Shown here in pieces: positions 47,619 to 57,251 of a stretch of 64,000 bases of DNA. Numbering within the stretch: position 1 is the first letter of the stretch; each line of letters opens with the position of its first letter. Origin of the DNA: Candidatus Ozemobacteraceae bacterium (GTDB lineage: Bacteria; Muiribacteriota; Ozemobacteria; Ozemobacterales; Ozemobacteraceae); contig OZ223236.1 in assembly GCA_965140445.1 (NCBI GenBank), forward strand, positions 256,001 through 320,000, in the 5' to 3' direction. The notes beneath the pieces were generated by a model that searched no databases, was not told the DNA's origin, and saw nothing but the letters and a program-made list of their open reading frames with translations. The translations under genes were made by a program, and so were the position numbers.

Positions 47619-48544
47619 TAGAAATCTTCCCTGGTCATCTTTGTCTGAAGCTGCTTTGCAAATTTTTCTGCACTAAGAATTCCCATGCGTCTAAGATAGA
47701 AATTCATTGCCGCAGTTTCAATTACTACAGCAAGATTTCGCCCTTCTCTGACAGGGATTGTGGTGCTTGGAACTTCAACTTTTAGAAATTTAACTGTGCG
47801 CTTGAGAATTCCCAAACGATCATATTCTTTCAAATCATCCCATTTTTCTAAATGAATGACTAGTTCTACGGGCTTTTCATCTGCAGTAGCAGCGATACCA
47901 AACAAAGATTTTATGTCAATGATTCCCAACCCTCTAATTTCCATATGGTGCTGGATCATATCATCGGGGGATCCTACAATCTTGCTATCAGAAATTTTCA
48001 TGAGCTGAACAGCATCATCAGCTACAAGTCTATGTCCACGTTTAATAAGCTCCAGCGCGCATTCGCTTTTTCCAATGCCAGATGGCCCCATAATGAGGAT
48101 ACCAACGCCATAAACCTCTACAAAAACCCCGTGAACACTTCTTCTCGGGGCAAACCTATTGTGAAGATACCTGGAAAGCTGGTATATAAACTCTCCAGCT
48201 CTTTCTCCTGTGCGTAAAAGCGGAATCTCTTTCTGGTTACAAAGCTCAATTAATTCATCAAGAATTAATAGATCATCAGTCACAATTATGCAGGGAATGT
48301 TAAAAAAAAGTAGCTGTCTTAATCTAACCTTTCTAACATCAGCGAGTTGCTCGCCAAGATATGCCAGTTCGGTTCTGCCAAGGACTATGAGGCGCTCGTA
48401 ACCGAAGTGTTCAAAAAAACCTGCCAGCTCAAGACCGGGACGATGAACTTCCGATGAGATTATCTTCCGGTCAAGCCCTTTTTCTCCGGCAATAACAGAT
48501 AAGCCCTGATCTTTTACTATTTCTCTGACAAGGACTAGAGCCAT
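47618..48544 (-). CDS. hprK: HPr kinase/phosphorylase
   Basis: RPGLELAGF, HGVFVEVYG.G, GPSGIGKSE, LVADD, EIRGLGII, GRN. Confidence 0.97.
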   Translation of the reverse strand: MALVLVREIVKDQGLSVIAGEKGLDRKIISSEVHRPGLELAGFFEHFGYERLIVLGRTELAYLGEQLADVRKVRLRQLLFFNIPCIIVTDDLLILDELIELCNQKEIPLLRTGERAGEFIYQLSRYLHNRFAPRRSVHGVFVEVYGVGILIMGPSGIGKSECALELIKRGHRLVADDAVQLMKISDSKIVGSPDDMIQHHMEIRGLGIIDIKSLFGIAATADEKPVELVIHLEKWDDLKEYDRLGILKRTVKFLKVEVPSTTIPVREGRNLAVVIETAAMNFYLRRMGILSAEKFAKQLQTKMTREDF

Positions 48545-48651
48545 TTTTAGTACAACCCCTTCGCCGTAGCTAAATGATTAATCAAGTGGAAGTATAACAC
48601 AATTTGTACCCTTTAAACCTAAAGAAGTCCTTATCAAATGTAATTTTAAAT

Positions 48652-49521
48652 TTAGCTATTTACGGTGTTTGCAGTTTCAGGATTATCTTTCTGTATAGGA
48701 GCTTCTTCTTTGTATGGCCAGATAAAGCCCCTTATGATAATTCCAACTCCAATACAGATGAAAACCATTGAAATATACTGATTAGATGTGAGTCCATATG
48801 CCGCAATGGGATTCAATCTGATAAACTCTACCAGAAGCCTTGAAAGTCCAAACCAACAAACAAAAAAACCAAGACGTTTTCCTGCTCCGATCTTCCAGAT
48901 TGGAAGTAACAAAATACCAGCCAGAATGACGTTAGAAATTGATTCATATATAGGGGTCGGGTGAACACAAATATCATTTGGGATACTTTCCCCAGGAAAA
49001 ATCTCGGCGAATTTAGAAACCAAGAGAGCATTTTTGGCCGCTAATGTGGAAACCAAACCATTTGGAAAATGCATCCCCCAAGCCACCTTTGTCGGAATTC
49101 CATAACACCCATCTCCTGAAGTAATGCATCCAAGTCGACCAACAGCATAACCCAGGGATAATCCGGGAGCGCACATGTCTGCTGCTTTAAAGAATTTTAT
49201 TCCAGCATACTTAACTCTTAAAGTACAAAGAATAAAAGCCAGGATGTATCCGCCAAGAACAGAAAAACCCGTGGTTGAAAAAATCATTGAAGATGGAGAG
49301 GCCAGGAAATCTGAAAAGTTCTCAAAAATAAAAAGAAGCCTTGATCCAACCATTCCGCCAAAAACAATTAGAAAGTAGATATCCCAGGCGATCTCTACAT
49401 CAAAACCGCCCTTTTTAAACTCTCGATTAATCAGCCAGATTCCAGTTAAAAAACCTAGAGCAAGCAGGACACCATAGGAGCCAATTTTTAATGGGCCTAG
49501 TTCAAATAATATTGGACACAT
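48652..49521 (-). CDS. lgt: Prolipoprotein diacylglyceryl transferase
   Basis: SYG, GSRL, GRLGC...CYG, HPTPIYE, RLLVEFIR. Confidence 0.92.
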   Translation of the reverse strand: MCPILFELGPLKIGSYGVLLALGFLTGIWLINREFKKGGFDVEIAWDIYFLIVFGGMVGSRLLFIFENFSDFLASPSSMIFSTTGFSVLGGYILAFILCTLRVKYAGIKFFKAADMCAPGLSLGYAVGRLGCITSGDGCYGIPTKVAWGMHFPNGLVSTLAAKNALLVSKFAEIFPGESIPNDICVHPTPIYESISNVILAGILLLPIWKIGAGKRLGFFVCWFGLSRLLVEFIRLNPIAAYGLTSNQYISMVFICIGVGIIIRGFIWPYKEEAPIQKDNPETANTVNS

Positions 49522-49559
49522 GGCTGCAAGATATCATATTCCTAAAAAATCCTAAACAT

Positions 49560-49594
49560 AAAAAAGGCTGCCAAATCTAAATTGGCAGCCTTTC
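49560..49594 (-). terminator. Intrinsic terminator ending the SLH-porin operon
   Basis: AAAGGCTGCCAA / TTGGCAGCCTTT stem with a T-run on the minus strand. Confidence 0.8.
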
Positions 49595-49604
49595 TTTATC
49601 AATA

Positions 49605-50534
49605 CTATTTTCTGTGAACTAAAACTCCCATAACCTTTCGGTCATCAAGTGTTCTAACTTCTATTTCTGTCCCAGCTTTTACTTCAACGTCTTTTCCTTT
49701 AATAAAAGCTCCACCAGCAATCCCAATCGGGCCAAGCACTACATAACCAAGTGTAGAAGCGCCAACTGCCATTCCAAGTTTTTTGCGATTAAACCTCTCC
49801 TGACCAGCATCTGCGACTTCTACCGGCAATGAAGTTGAATCCATACTTTCAATTTTACCAATTTCAAGGTTTATGTATCCCGTTCTACCAAATCGGCCAC
49901 CACGTCTAACACTAGCGACAGAACCACTTATTATGCCGCCTTTAGCCATGGCAAGGATATTATTGTCAATAAACAAATCTTCAGACAGAGAAAATTGAAC
50001 AATATCGCCCTTTTTAGCTTTTCTACTGGAAAGAGAATCGATAAGTTTCAGCTTAACCCTTGTTCCCTGAGCTACAGTAACCTGCTGCTGATGAATTTTT
50101 CCGTTGTCAATTGTAAGATGAACCAGCTGTTCAAGGCGAAAGGCCATTGGTTCCAACGATACATTTCCAATTACCTGCTTATCCAGTTCAGCTAATCTGG
50201 TTTCAAGATTTCCAAGCCCTGTTTTGTTGAACAAGCGCCATTCAAGAAAGTTCAATTTCATATCAACAGATGGAGAGTCAATACTACCTTTAAACAATAA
50301 GTCGTGGAGATAATCAGCCTTTTCGGAAGCTTTCTGACCTGTGCTGCGCCCGAACAAATCTTCTTCTACCTGTCGTAATCTGTTATCCTCTGAGCCGGAC
50401 TGAGGGCTACCATAAATGTAGCGTTCAATTTTGGCTATCTTTTTGGCCATGTCCTTAGAAATTTCGTCAGCAAAAGCAGGGCATGCAAAAATAATCAATG
50501 AAAGCAGGATAAAAAGTTTAGCTTTAAGTTTCAT
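49605..50534 (-). CDS. Secreted hypothetical envelope protein (helical repeats + beta domain + Gly-rich hydrophobic tail)
   Basis: Signal peptide; IE..IYG / VE..LFG / LE..LF repeats; GTRVKLKLIDSLSS..AKKGD; LGPIGIAGGAFIKGKDV. Confidence 0.65.
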   Translation of the reverse strand: MKLKAKLFILLSLIIFACPAFADEISKDMAKKIAKIERYIYGSPQSGSEDNRLRQVEEDLFGRSTGQKASEKADYLHDLLFKGSIDSPSVDMKLNFLEWRLFNKTGLGNLETRLAELDKQVIGNVSLEPMAFRLEQLVHLTIDNGKIHQQQVTVAQGTRVKLKLIDSLSSRKAKKGDIVQFSLSEDLFIDNNILAMAKGGIISGSVASVRRGGRFGRTGYINLEIGKIESMDSTSLPVEVADAGQERFNRKKLGMAVGASTLGYVVLGPIGIAGGAFIKGKDVEVKAGTEIEVRTLDDRKVMGVLVHRK

Positions 50535-50555
50535 GATTTTGCCTCCTATAATTAT

Positions 50556-51455
50556 TTACTTTTTAGGGTCTTCTTTTTTCTTTTCTTTCTTCTTCAAAAT
50601 GCCATTAGACTCTTCAACAGGTTTAAAAACAACATAAATTTCTTTTGAAGAATCTGGATTATCAGAGATTTCCTTACAAAATCTCGCAAAAATTTCAGCT
50701 TCAGCCTGGGCAACACTAACATCTCTCCTGGCCATTTCTGGGACCTTACCATCAACTACCATAAGCTTTTGTTCATCGACATCCTTGTATGCTGCTCTAA
50801 TGTCCTGAACAAATCTTACAACAGGCCTGCTGAATCTTGAAGGAGACGGGACCATTGCTTCCTGGAATAAGAGAAAACCTTTTTCATCAAAAAATCTTGG
50901 AAACAAGGATGGCTCAAAGTTGCTGTTTCTAAGATCAACAACAATACGATCCAAATCTGGTGCATCTTTGTTTTCTTTTACTCTTAACCCGGAAGTCCAT
51001 GATGCCAGGAAGCTAGAAGGCTTCATAGGTTCTGGTCTCAGCGCTGCCAAATAAAGTGCAGATCTGATACTTAGCTTTCCATTGAAAGGAACATCAAGTC
51101 TGCAACGTAACAAGCCGCTGGCATCAACCTCATAGAAGGTTTTGGGAGCAGATAATAAAACCATTCCAAGTCTGTCTTTCAAAGCTGCATTGGTCTGGAA
51201 CACGTGCCTTACCAGCTTTCCTTCCATGAGAGGAAGATCAAGGATTTGATCATATGCGTGGTGCAAAGAATCCATCCAGGCTCTGGATCGCTCTTCATCA
51301 ATAGAAGAGTCCTTTTCCCATGGCATACCAGCCAATCCATAGACGCTGACGGTCTGATTAATAAAAATCTCCGGGTCGATAACAGGCTCCGCCCGCACGA
51401 GGCAGGCGGAGAAAATTATTGATAAAATTGTAAGTAGTTTAAGGCGCCTTAACAT
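50556..51455 (-). CDS. Secreted hypothetical protein (LPP20-family-like C-terminal region)
   Basis: Signal peptide; IVVDLR..FEPSLFPRFFDEKG motif; Lys-rich tail. Confidence 0.55.
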   Translation of the reverse strand: MLRRLKLLTILSIIFSACLVRAEPVIDPEIFINQTVSVYGLAGMPWEKDSSIDEERSRAWMDSLHHAYDQILDLPLMEGKLVRHVFQTNAALKDRLGMVLLSAPKTFYEVDASGLLRCRLDVPFNGKLSIRSALYLAALRPEPMKPSSFLASWTSGLRVKENKDAPDLDRIVVDLRNSNFEPSLFPRFFDEKGFLLFQEAMVPSPSRFSRPVVRFVQDIRAAYKDVDEQKLMVVDGKVPEMARRDVSVAQAEAEIFARFCKEISDNPDSSKEIYVVFKPVEESNGILKKKEKKKEDPKK

Positions 51456-51471
51456 GGCCCTATATCTCCTA

Positions 51472-52464
51472 TTAATCAAAGGTAACATGAGCTCCTACAT
51501 AGTGCTCTCGAACCGCTTCGCCATCATAGTAGGCATAATCCATTCTAACATTCGGCAACAACTGCATGCCGAATCCCAGAGTAAGGGTTCCGTTTAAAGT
51601 CCCCATTCTCATCGTCAAGTCGTTTTCGATAAACTTCTTTTCGACACCTAGTCTGTATTGCTGCTCAGTAGTCTTAGATGAATTTGTTATGTTAATAGCA
51701 TCTGCTGCAAGCTTGGTTCCCTTGGTAATTTCTACCGCTGCACCAAAGTTTAAGCTAACACCGTCTCTGCTGGTATTTGTTCCGTCAACATTTTCAATTA
51801 GGTTGTCAACAGTCATACCACCAGTAATTCTGTCATTGTAATGATACATAAGTCCAACACCCATAGATTGAGAATCGCGTTTACTATGTTGTTGTAAGCT
51901 CTTAATGTATCTATCAACACTTTTCATTCGAAATTTGATACCGCCATAAAGCTGCTCACGAGCCAGCATTCTTCTTGCTATTGGAAATCTTGTTCCAAAA
52001 CCAAGCTGGAGATCCTTTGTAGATCTTCTAACACCTTTAAACTCTCCACCCACAAGGTCTCCAAAAGCTTCGGAACGGTTATCTTCTGTGTAAGAAACGC
52101 CGTAGCTATATTTTGGCCTTCTTGGAAGTGGTTCTTCAAGAATGTTATGTTCCAGGTAATCTGTAATAGAGAATTTATCTTCCACTTTATCTTCGTAAAT
52201 ATGCCCTGTAAAGGCTGCGCTGGTCCAATCGAAGATATCTCGCTCGTTCACTTTTGCTTGAATAGAAGCTTCTCGGCCCTGAATCTGAGACAACCCAGCC
52301 GGATTGTAATATGTTGCAGATTCATCATCTGAAAGGCCAATAAAAGCACCACCCATGCCTCTTGAACGCGCTGACTGCGCAAATAAACTGAAAGATGAAA
52401 CGACAAGAAAAAATGTCATAAACAGCAGTATTGCTGCCTTTCGTTGGTGGGATTGTCGATTCAT
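51472..52464 (-). CDS. Outer-membrane beta-barrel, PorV/FadL-like
   Basis: ARSRGMGGAF...DD.SATYYNPAGL N-terminal signature; alternating beta strands; ends VTFD; AGGAGG RBS before ATG 52464. Confidence 0.8.
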   Translation of the reverse strand: MNRQSHQRKAAILLFMTFFLVVSSFSLFAQSARSRGMGGAFIGLSDDESATYYNPAGLSQIQGREASIQAKVNERDIFDWTSAAFTGHIYEDKVEDKFSITDYLEHNILEEPLPRRPKYSYGVSYTEDNRSEAFGDLVGGEFKGVRRSTKDLQLGFGTRFPIARRMLAREQLYGGIKFRMKSVDRYIKSLQQHSKRDSQSMGVGLMYHYNDRITGGMTVDNLIENVDGTNTSRDGVSLNFGAAVEITKGTKLAADAINITNSSKTTEQQYRLGVEKKFIENDLTMRMGTLNGTLTLGFGMQLLPNVRMDYAYYDGEAVREHYVGAHVTFD

Positions 52465-52551
52465 GAGTGGCCTCCTTGAATTTGCTATTTCTGGTGCTTT
52501 ATTTCTAATCGTCATTTTGTTAGTAAAAACTGAGAATTCAATTTAAATTTT

Positions 52552-53646
52552 CTATTTTTTCTTTACTGGCATAAAACCAGCGGGAAGTTTTGGCATTGGT
52601 TTGAACCCAGGCAGATCAGAGTCTGGCGTTACCGGTTCAAGCGGCACAAACCCGGCGGGCGTATTTCCCGAGCGAATAACTGGAGCGGGAAGTTTTGCTG
52701 GTGTAACTGCAGGCTTGGGAAAATCCATAGGATTAGCAACAGGTCGCTTCATAGTCACAGGACTCTGTCTTTTTCCATCTTTGTAAACAAATGGAACAGA
52801 AGCATAAATGATGTTCTCGCGGTAAGGATGGGTCTTGAACTTACGCAAGAGTTCATACTGACTTTCACCTTCTGGAACAATCATATCAATTATTGGAGGG
52901 TCACCATAAGTATCATGGCCGCCACCAAAATCTTTCGCAGTTGGAAACGCCTTAACGTCTCTATTCAAAAGCCTATTTGGGGAAACAATGTTATAGAATC
53001 CCATCGCAAAACACTGAAAACCAGAGTTAGCAGTAACCCCAGGAAGCTTTTTCTTACTTATTTTTACGATAATTTTGTCTCTCTGAATATAAACGTAATC
53101 TGGATAAATTATGTCTTCGATTCTATTCTGAAAGTCCAGCTCATCAGTTTTGTTTCTCAAAGCTTCAAACACACTATATTCAGATAAAGGCGAGACAAGA
53201 ATTACTTTTTCCCATCCCATATTGTCAGAGAATTTAACGTCGCGGCCCGGAAGAGCTTCTGAGTATCCAGAGTTTACTCTGCCATCTGCGTCAACGTAAA
53301 TGTCCCAAAGATTTGCTACAAACCCCTGTTCTTCGCTTTTTCTGGTATCAGGCCATTCTCTCATAATGTAATTTCTCATTTGAATTACAAAAGTGAAAAT
53401 ACCATCCTCATCATAAACACTGAAATGCTTAATATCAAAAGTTCCCCGACGCATTCTTTTATCGCCAGGATATCGATAGTACCCCGGCCCCTTGTCGTCT
53501 CCGATATTGTCTTTAATGCTTATTAGAGTTCCAACGTCAGACCTGTAATCAGCCGGTGAATTACCAGCCAAGGATGCTGTAGCGGATATCAGGGTTAACA
53601 TGGCAGCAAATAAAGCTGCCAAAGGTTTATTGATCTTTGTTTTCAT
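52552..53646 (-). CDS. Secreted glucodextranase C-terminal (DOMON-like) domain protein with a Pro-rich tail
   Basis: D..GDDKGPG.Y.YP, FDI..F, DIYVD, LPGR.V.F...W, FGGG....PPIID motifs. Confidence 0.75.
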   Translation of the reverse strand: MKTKINKPLAALFAAMLTLISATASLAGNSPADYRSDVGTLISIKDNIGDDKGPGYYRYPGDKRMRRGTFDIKHFSVYDEDGIFTFVIQMRNYIMREWPDTRKSEEQGFVANLWDIYVDADGRVNSGYSEALPGRDVKFSDNMGWEKVILVSPLSEYSVFEALRNKTDELDFQNRIEDIIYPDYVYIQRDKIIVKISKKKLPGVTANSGFQCFAMGFYNIVSPNRLLNRDVKAFPTAKDFGGGHDTYGDPPIIDMIVPEGESQYELLRKFKTHPYRENIIYASVPFVYKDGKRQSPVTMKRPVANPMDFPKPAVTPAKLPAPVIRSGNTPAGFVPLEPVTPDSDLPGFKPMPKLPAGFMPVKKK

Positions 53647-53647
53647 A

Positions 53648-54811
53648 TTACTTCACCAGAATAATCGAGTATTCTGAGTCCCCTGATTCCTGATAAGGAT
53701 CTTTAACCTGATTGGTGGTTGTAATATTGAATGCATACTTATGATAACCAGGTGCCACACCCGTAAAGAGTCTAGTGTAAACTCCATCACCAGCGACTTC
53801 ATCGCCATTGGTTCCATCATCATAAAGTTGCTGCGGCTGCCAATTTGTAAAATCAGCAACAGCTGTTGGATTCTCAGCTTCAGAGAAATCAGACTTAATT
53901 ATCATAAGTCTGGCTTCGCCGCTTTTCTTTGCAGAAAGGGCAGTTACAGGCACATCATAAACAGGCACTGTGCTGAGATCGACAGGAATACTTCTCATGT
54001 GGAAACTTGGGCTTCTGAATACCAGGTATTCTTTACCGTTTCCTTCCATGGACATATTATAAGCGCCATCACTATCAAGATTGATTGATCTGGAACCTTT
54101 CTTGGTTGAAAGCTTAACTTCTGAATAATTCACACCTGTGAGATCACTTGTTACAGTTCCTCTAGCCAGCTTAAGTGTGGCAGCCGGAATAGTAATCTCA
54201 GAAGTAGAGTTTCTATACCCTTCGCGATGAGGGTCTTTTTCATCGCTGGTTGTATCGTCCTTTTTGGTCACTTTTAATTTGTAAAGCTGGGAGCCAGTAA
54301 TCAAATTGGTTGATCTAAGAGTAAAAATGCCATCATCGGCAAGTTTATCTCCATGAGTTCCGTCGTCATACATAGGGTATGTTTCCTCTGACCATGTTGG
54401 TTCAGTTGGCATTAAAGCGACAGACTTCATATCAGGAAAATCAACATTAGAGGCAATCCATAATGCTTCTCCAACGATTTTTTCATCTAGAGTAATTGTT
54501 GGAGCTGTAACCGTTTCTTCCATAACAGCATCAACCCAGGTGTAATTAACGTCAAAGTCTCTACCTCTGGCAACCAAAAGAAATCGACCAGATTTTCGCA
54601 GTTCAATTGAGAATTTGCCTTCTCCGTCTGCGTAAGCACTTGCGTCTTCTTCGCCGGCAATAGTTACTTTTACGCCAAGAGCTATTTTTCCAGCAGGGAC
54701 CGCAATCTGTCCTGTAATAGTTGAAACTGGAATAACCAAAGCTTCCTGAACACATCCAGTTGTAACGATTGCGCATACAGTTATTAACAGTGCCAGTAAT
54801 TTTTTCTTCAT
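53648..54811 (-). CDS. Lipoprotein with prealbumin-like domains and two YDDGTxGD (choice-of-anchor X-like) units, the second in a CBM48-like context
   Basis: Lipobox TTG|C; MYDDGTHGDKLADDGIFT and LYDDGTNGDEVAGDGVYT; VADFTNW...PGYHKYAF...DP. Confidence 0.7.
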   Translation of the reverse strand: MKKKLLALLITVCAIVTTGCVQEALVIPVSTITGQIAVPAGKIALGVKVTIAGEEDASAYADGEGKFSIELRKSGRFLLVARGRDFDVNYTWVDAVMEETVTAPTITLDEKIVGEALWIASNVDFPDMKSVALMPTEPTWSEETYPMYDDGTHGDKLADDGIFTLRSTNLITGSQLYKLKVTKKDDTTSDEKDPHREGYRNSTSEITIPAATLKLARGTVTSDLTGVNYSEVKLSTKKGSRSINLDSDGAYNMSMEGNGKEYLVFRSPSFHMRSIPVDLSTVPVYDVPVTALSAKKSGEARLMIIKSDFSEAENPTAVADFTNWQPQQLYDDGTNGDEVAGDGVYTRLFTGVAPGYHKYAFNITTTNQVKDPYQESGDSEYSIILVK

Positions 54812-54821
54812 AATTGCGTTC

Positions 54822-57134
54822 CTAGAAATTTGTTTTTGCCTCGAACACGAACATCTTTTGCGTGCTTATATCTTTTTTGTCTCTTCCGTTATCGTAGCTG
54901 GAAACATCCCAGCGCCATTCGTCTGGATAGTCATAACCAAATTTGAATTTGATTGTTGCATCTTTACTCACATCATAAATGAGTTCGCCATACATGTTTT
55001 CTCTATCAACAGTATCTGTATTACCATCTTTGAAGTCGATTACACCTCTTGAGTAGAAAGCTCTTCCTCGGAACTTATTGGTAAAGTTCTTTTTCAACTC
55101 AGCAATAATGGCATTTGCAAGACTGGAATTTCCTCCATCTTTGCTATCTTCATAGTCAACATGCTGAACTCCGCCAGTAAAACTTGTTGTAGGCGTGAAG
55201 TTGTAAGTTGCTTCGCCAATGTAATCAACCCTCGTGTTTTCCTGTGGTGCAGCAGCCCATCTAACCTGGTGCTCCACACTACCCTTTGCAAAAACTCTAG
55301 GATTTATGTCGGAGTTAACTTCAAAATAGCCAACTCTTTCATTGTATTTATAAGTGTTTCCATCAACCTCGTCTAACTTATCATGGTCAGTGTAAACATT
55401 TATCTTACCCTTGGTGCTAACCGAGTCATTCAGCTTGAGATTTATCTCAATAGTATTATCAATCGAACCGCTTTCATTTGCTAGCGCATCCCACTTTTGT
55501 GAGAAGTCATACTTGACCGTGGTATTGTCGGTAAAATCCGACAAAATCTGGAAAGTAAATTTGCGACCAGAAAGTCCATCGGTGTCGTTTGGTGCATTAG
55601 GATCAACTTCCCAGGTTTTTGAGAGGTAAGTTGCTTCCATAGAAAGATTGTTTGCTATGGCCAAAAGCTTGTTACCAAAGTCATAGTTCATTGAGAATCT
55701 GGTAAGTTTTTCACCTAGAAAGTCTTTTCTACCGTAGTTGCTATCACACTTATGATTCTTTGGATAATCAGAGTCGTCTCCCAGATCAACATCATAAGCC
55801 CAAACAGGGGCCATCAATGCTCTAAAATCCTTACCAAAGTCATAATGTTTAACGGTTCCAGTGAAACCGCCATTTTGGATGCTGATATCAAACTTCGTTC
55901 CTTCATCTCCAAGACTCTTGTCTTTACCATCAGCTGTATCTTTGTGGTAGTCAGTTGATGTTAAGAATTCTGCAGTAGCCTGAACTTTACCAATTCTGTC
56001 AGTAGAGTAATTCATATCTACACCGCGAACAGCATTGGAGTTCCCGCGAACCTTGTAGTCGTTTATTTTTTCAGCAAATGTTGTTCCAACAGAAAAATCA
56101 TCTTCGCTGAATTTTGAAGGAAGTTTCCATACAGCGCGACCACTAATAATTTCATGCTCACTACTAAGGCTATTGTTGAGGTCGTTTTTCAGAATTGATC
56201 CCTGATATGAGAGACCGCCTTCTGAACCAGAGATTTCCACACCCTGGTATGGATCAACGATATCTGTATCTTCAGATAACATATTTAAAGGATCATCTAA
56301 TCCAGTGATTGATTCTCCAGCAAATACACGAACTTTCATGGACTTGGCTTTGCTTACAAAATGCAATTTGTTGCTCTGAACATATCTTTCGTAATTAATC
56401 TTGTAAACATAATCATCAATATTATCAAACGGGTTCGTTTTACCATCGTTGCCTGAATCGTTGTATTGGATTTTATTCCAGTTGTAGCCCTTCATAAAAC
56501 CAACCAGTTCGTAGAAAACTTCCAGTTTTTCATCAAGTGGTTTACCTGTGAAACGCAAATACATCTGTTGATAGAAAGTTACCAACCCAGGATCCGTAAA
56601 TTTCTGATCCTTTTTACCCCATTCGTTAACTGTTACAGTTGATGGTTCAATTATGTATTGTCCGCGTCCACGATAGAAACCAGAAATACTGACTTTAGGA
56701 ATTCTATTCTCCAGGTCTCTGTATTTATTTTCATTATCGGTCATTCGACGTTCGAGGGTATCAACACGAACATCCAATAAACCAAGTTCATCTCTAAATT
56801 CTTTAGTAAGCCTTCCAAGTGCAGCTCTTTCTTCTTCAGTGGCAGCATCAAGAGTAGCTTTCTTTTCTTCCATTCGTCTGAGGATTCTGGCAAGCATTAG
56901 AGCAACATCGTAACGAGTTGTTACTTTTCTGCCTTTAAAGGTTCCATCTGGATACCCTTCCATATAGCCCTGACTGATGAGAAAATCGACATCAGAATAA
57001 GCCCAGTGATCTTTAGGAAGATCCTGGAAGGACGCCGATTGTGCCAGAAGGAGCCCAGGCAGCAACAAGCACAAAAGTATTGCCACTAGTGGCAAGAACT
57101 GTTTAAATCTGCTGTTAATCTTTGTTTGCCTCAT
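54822..57134 (-). CDS. SLH domain + coiled coil + beta-barrel (OmpM/SlpA-like outer-membrane tether/porin)
   Basis: FQDLPKDHWAY..GYMEGYPDGTFKG..TRYD SLH; LTKEFRDELGLLDVRV coiled coil; beta-rich remainder ending in Phe. Confidence 0.85.
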   Translation of the reverse strand: MRQTKINSRFKQFLPLVAILLCLLLPGLLLAQSASFQDLPKDHWAYSDVDFLISQGYMEGYPDGTFKGRKVTTRYDVALMLARILRRMEEKKATLDAATEEERAALGRLTKEFRDELGLLDVRVDTLERRMTDNENKYRDLENRIPKVSISGFYRGRGQYIIEPSTVTVNEWGKKDQKFTDPGLVTFYQQMYLRFTGKPLDEKLEVFYELVGFMKGYNWNKIQYNDSGNDGKTNPFDNIDDYVYKINYERYVQSNKLHFVSKAKSMKVRVFAGESITGLDDPLNMLSEDTDIVDPYQGVEISGSEGGLSYQGSILKNDLNNSLSSEHEIISGRAVWKLPSKFSEDDFSVGTTFAEKINDYKVRGNSNAVRGVDMNYSTDRIGKVQATAEFLTSTDYHKDTADGKDKSLGDEGTKFDISIQNGGFTGTVKHYDFGKDFRALMAPVWAYDVDLGDDSDYPKNHKCDSNYGRKDFLGEKLTRFSMNYDFGNKLLAIANNLSMEATYLSKTWEVDPNAPNDTDGLSGRKFTFQILSDFTDNTTVKYDFSQKWDALANESGSIDNTIEINLKLNDSVSTKGKINVYTDHDKLDEVDGNTYKYNERVGYFEVNSDINPRVFAKGSVEHQVRWAAAPQENTRVDYIGEATYNFTPTTSFTGGVQHVDYEDSKDGGNSSLANAIIAELKKNFTNKFRGRAFYSRGVIDFKDGNTDTVDRENMYGELIYDVSKDATIKFKFGYDYPDEWRWDVSSYDNGRDKKDISTQKMFVFEAKTNF

Positions 57135-57251
57135 TCTTTTCTGTTCTATTCTCTTGATTTTGGAATGCTTCTGTTCCTTTATCGGCAAGATTTATTAGTT
57201 AACTGAGCCAAAAGAAAAAATTTATGCACCGAATCTGTTATACTGTTCTGT

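Noticed and set aside
51472..52464. Type IX secretion system based on the PorV-like barrel
   Set aside because: No other T9SS components are in the window, and the N-terminal motif is shared by many FadL-like barrels.
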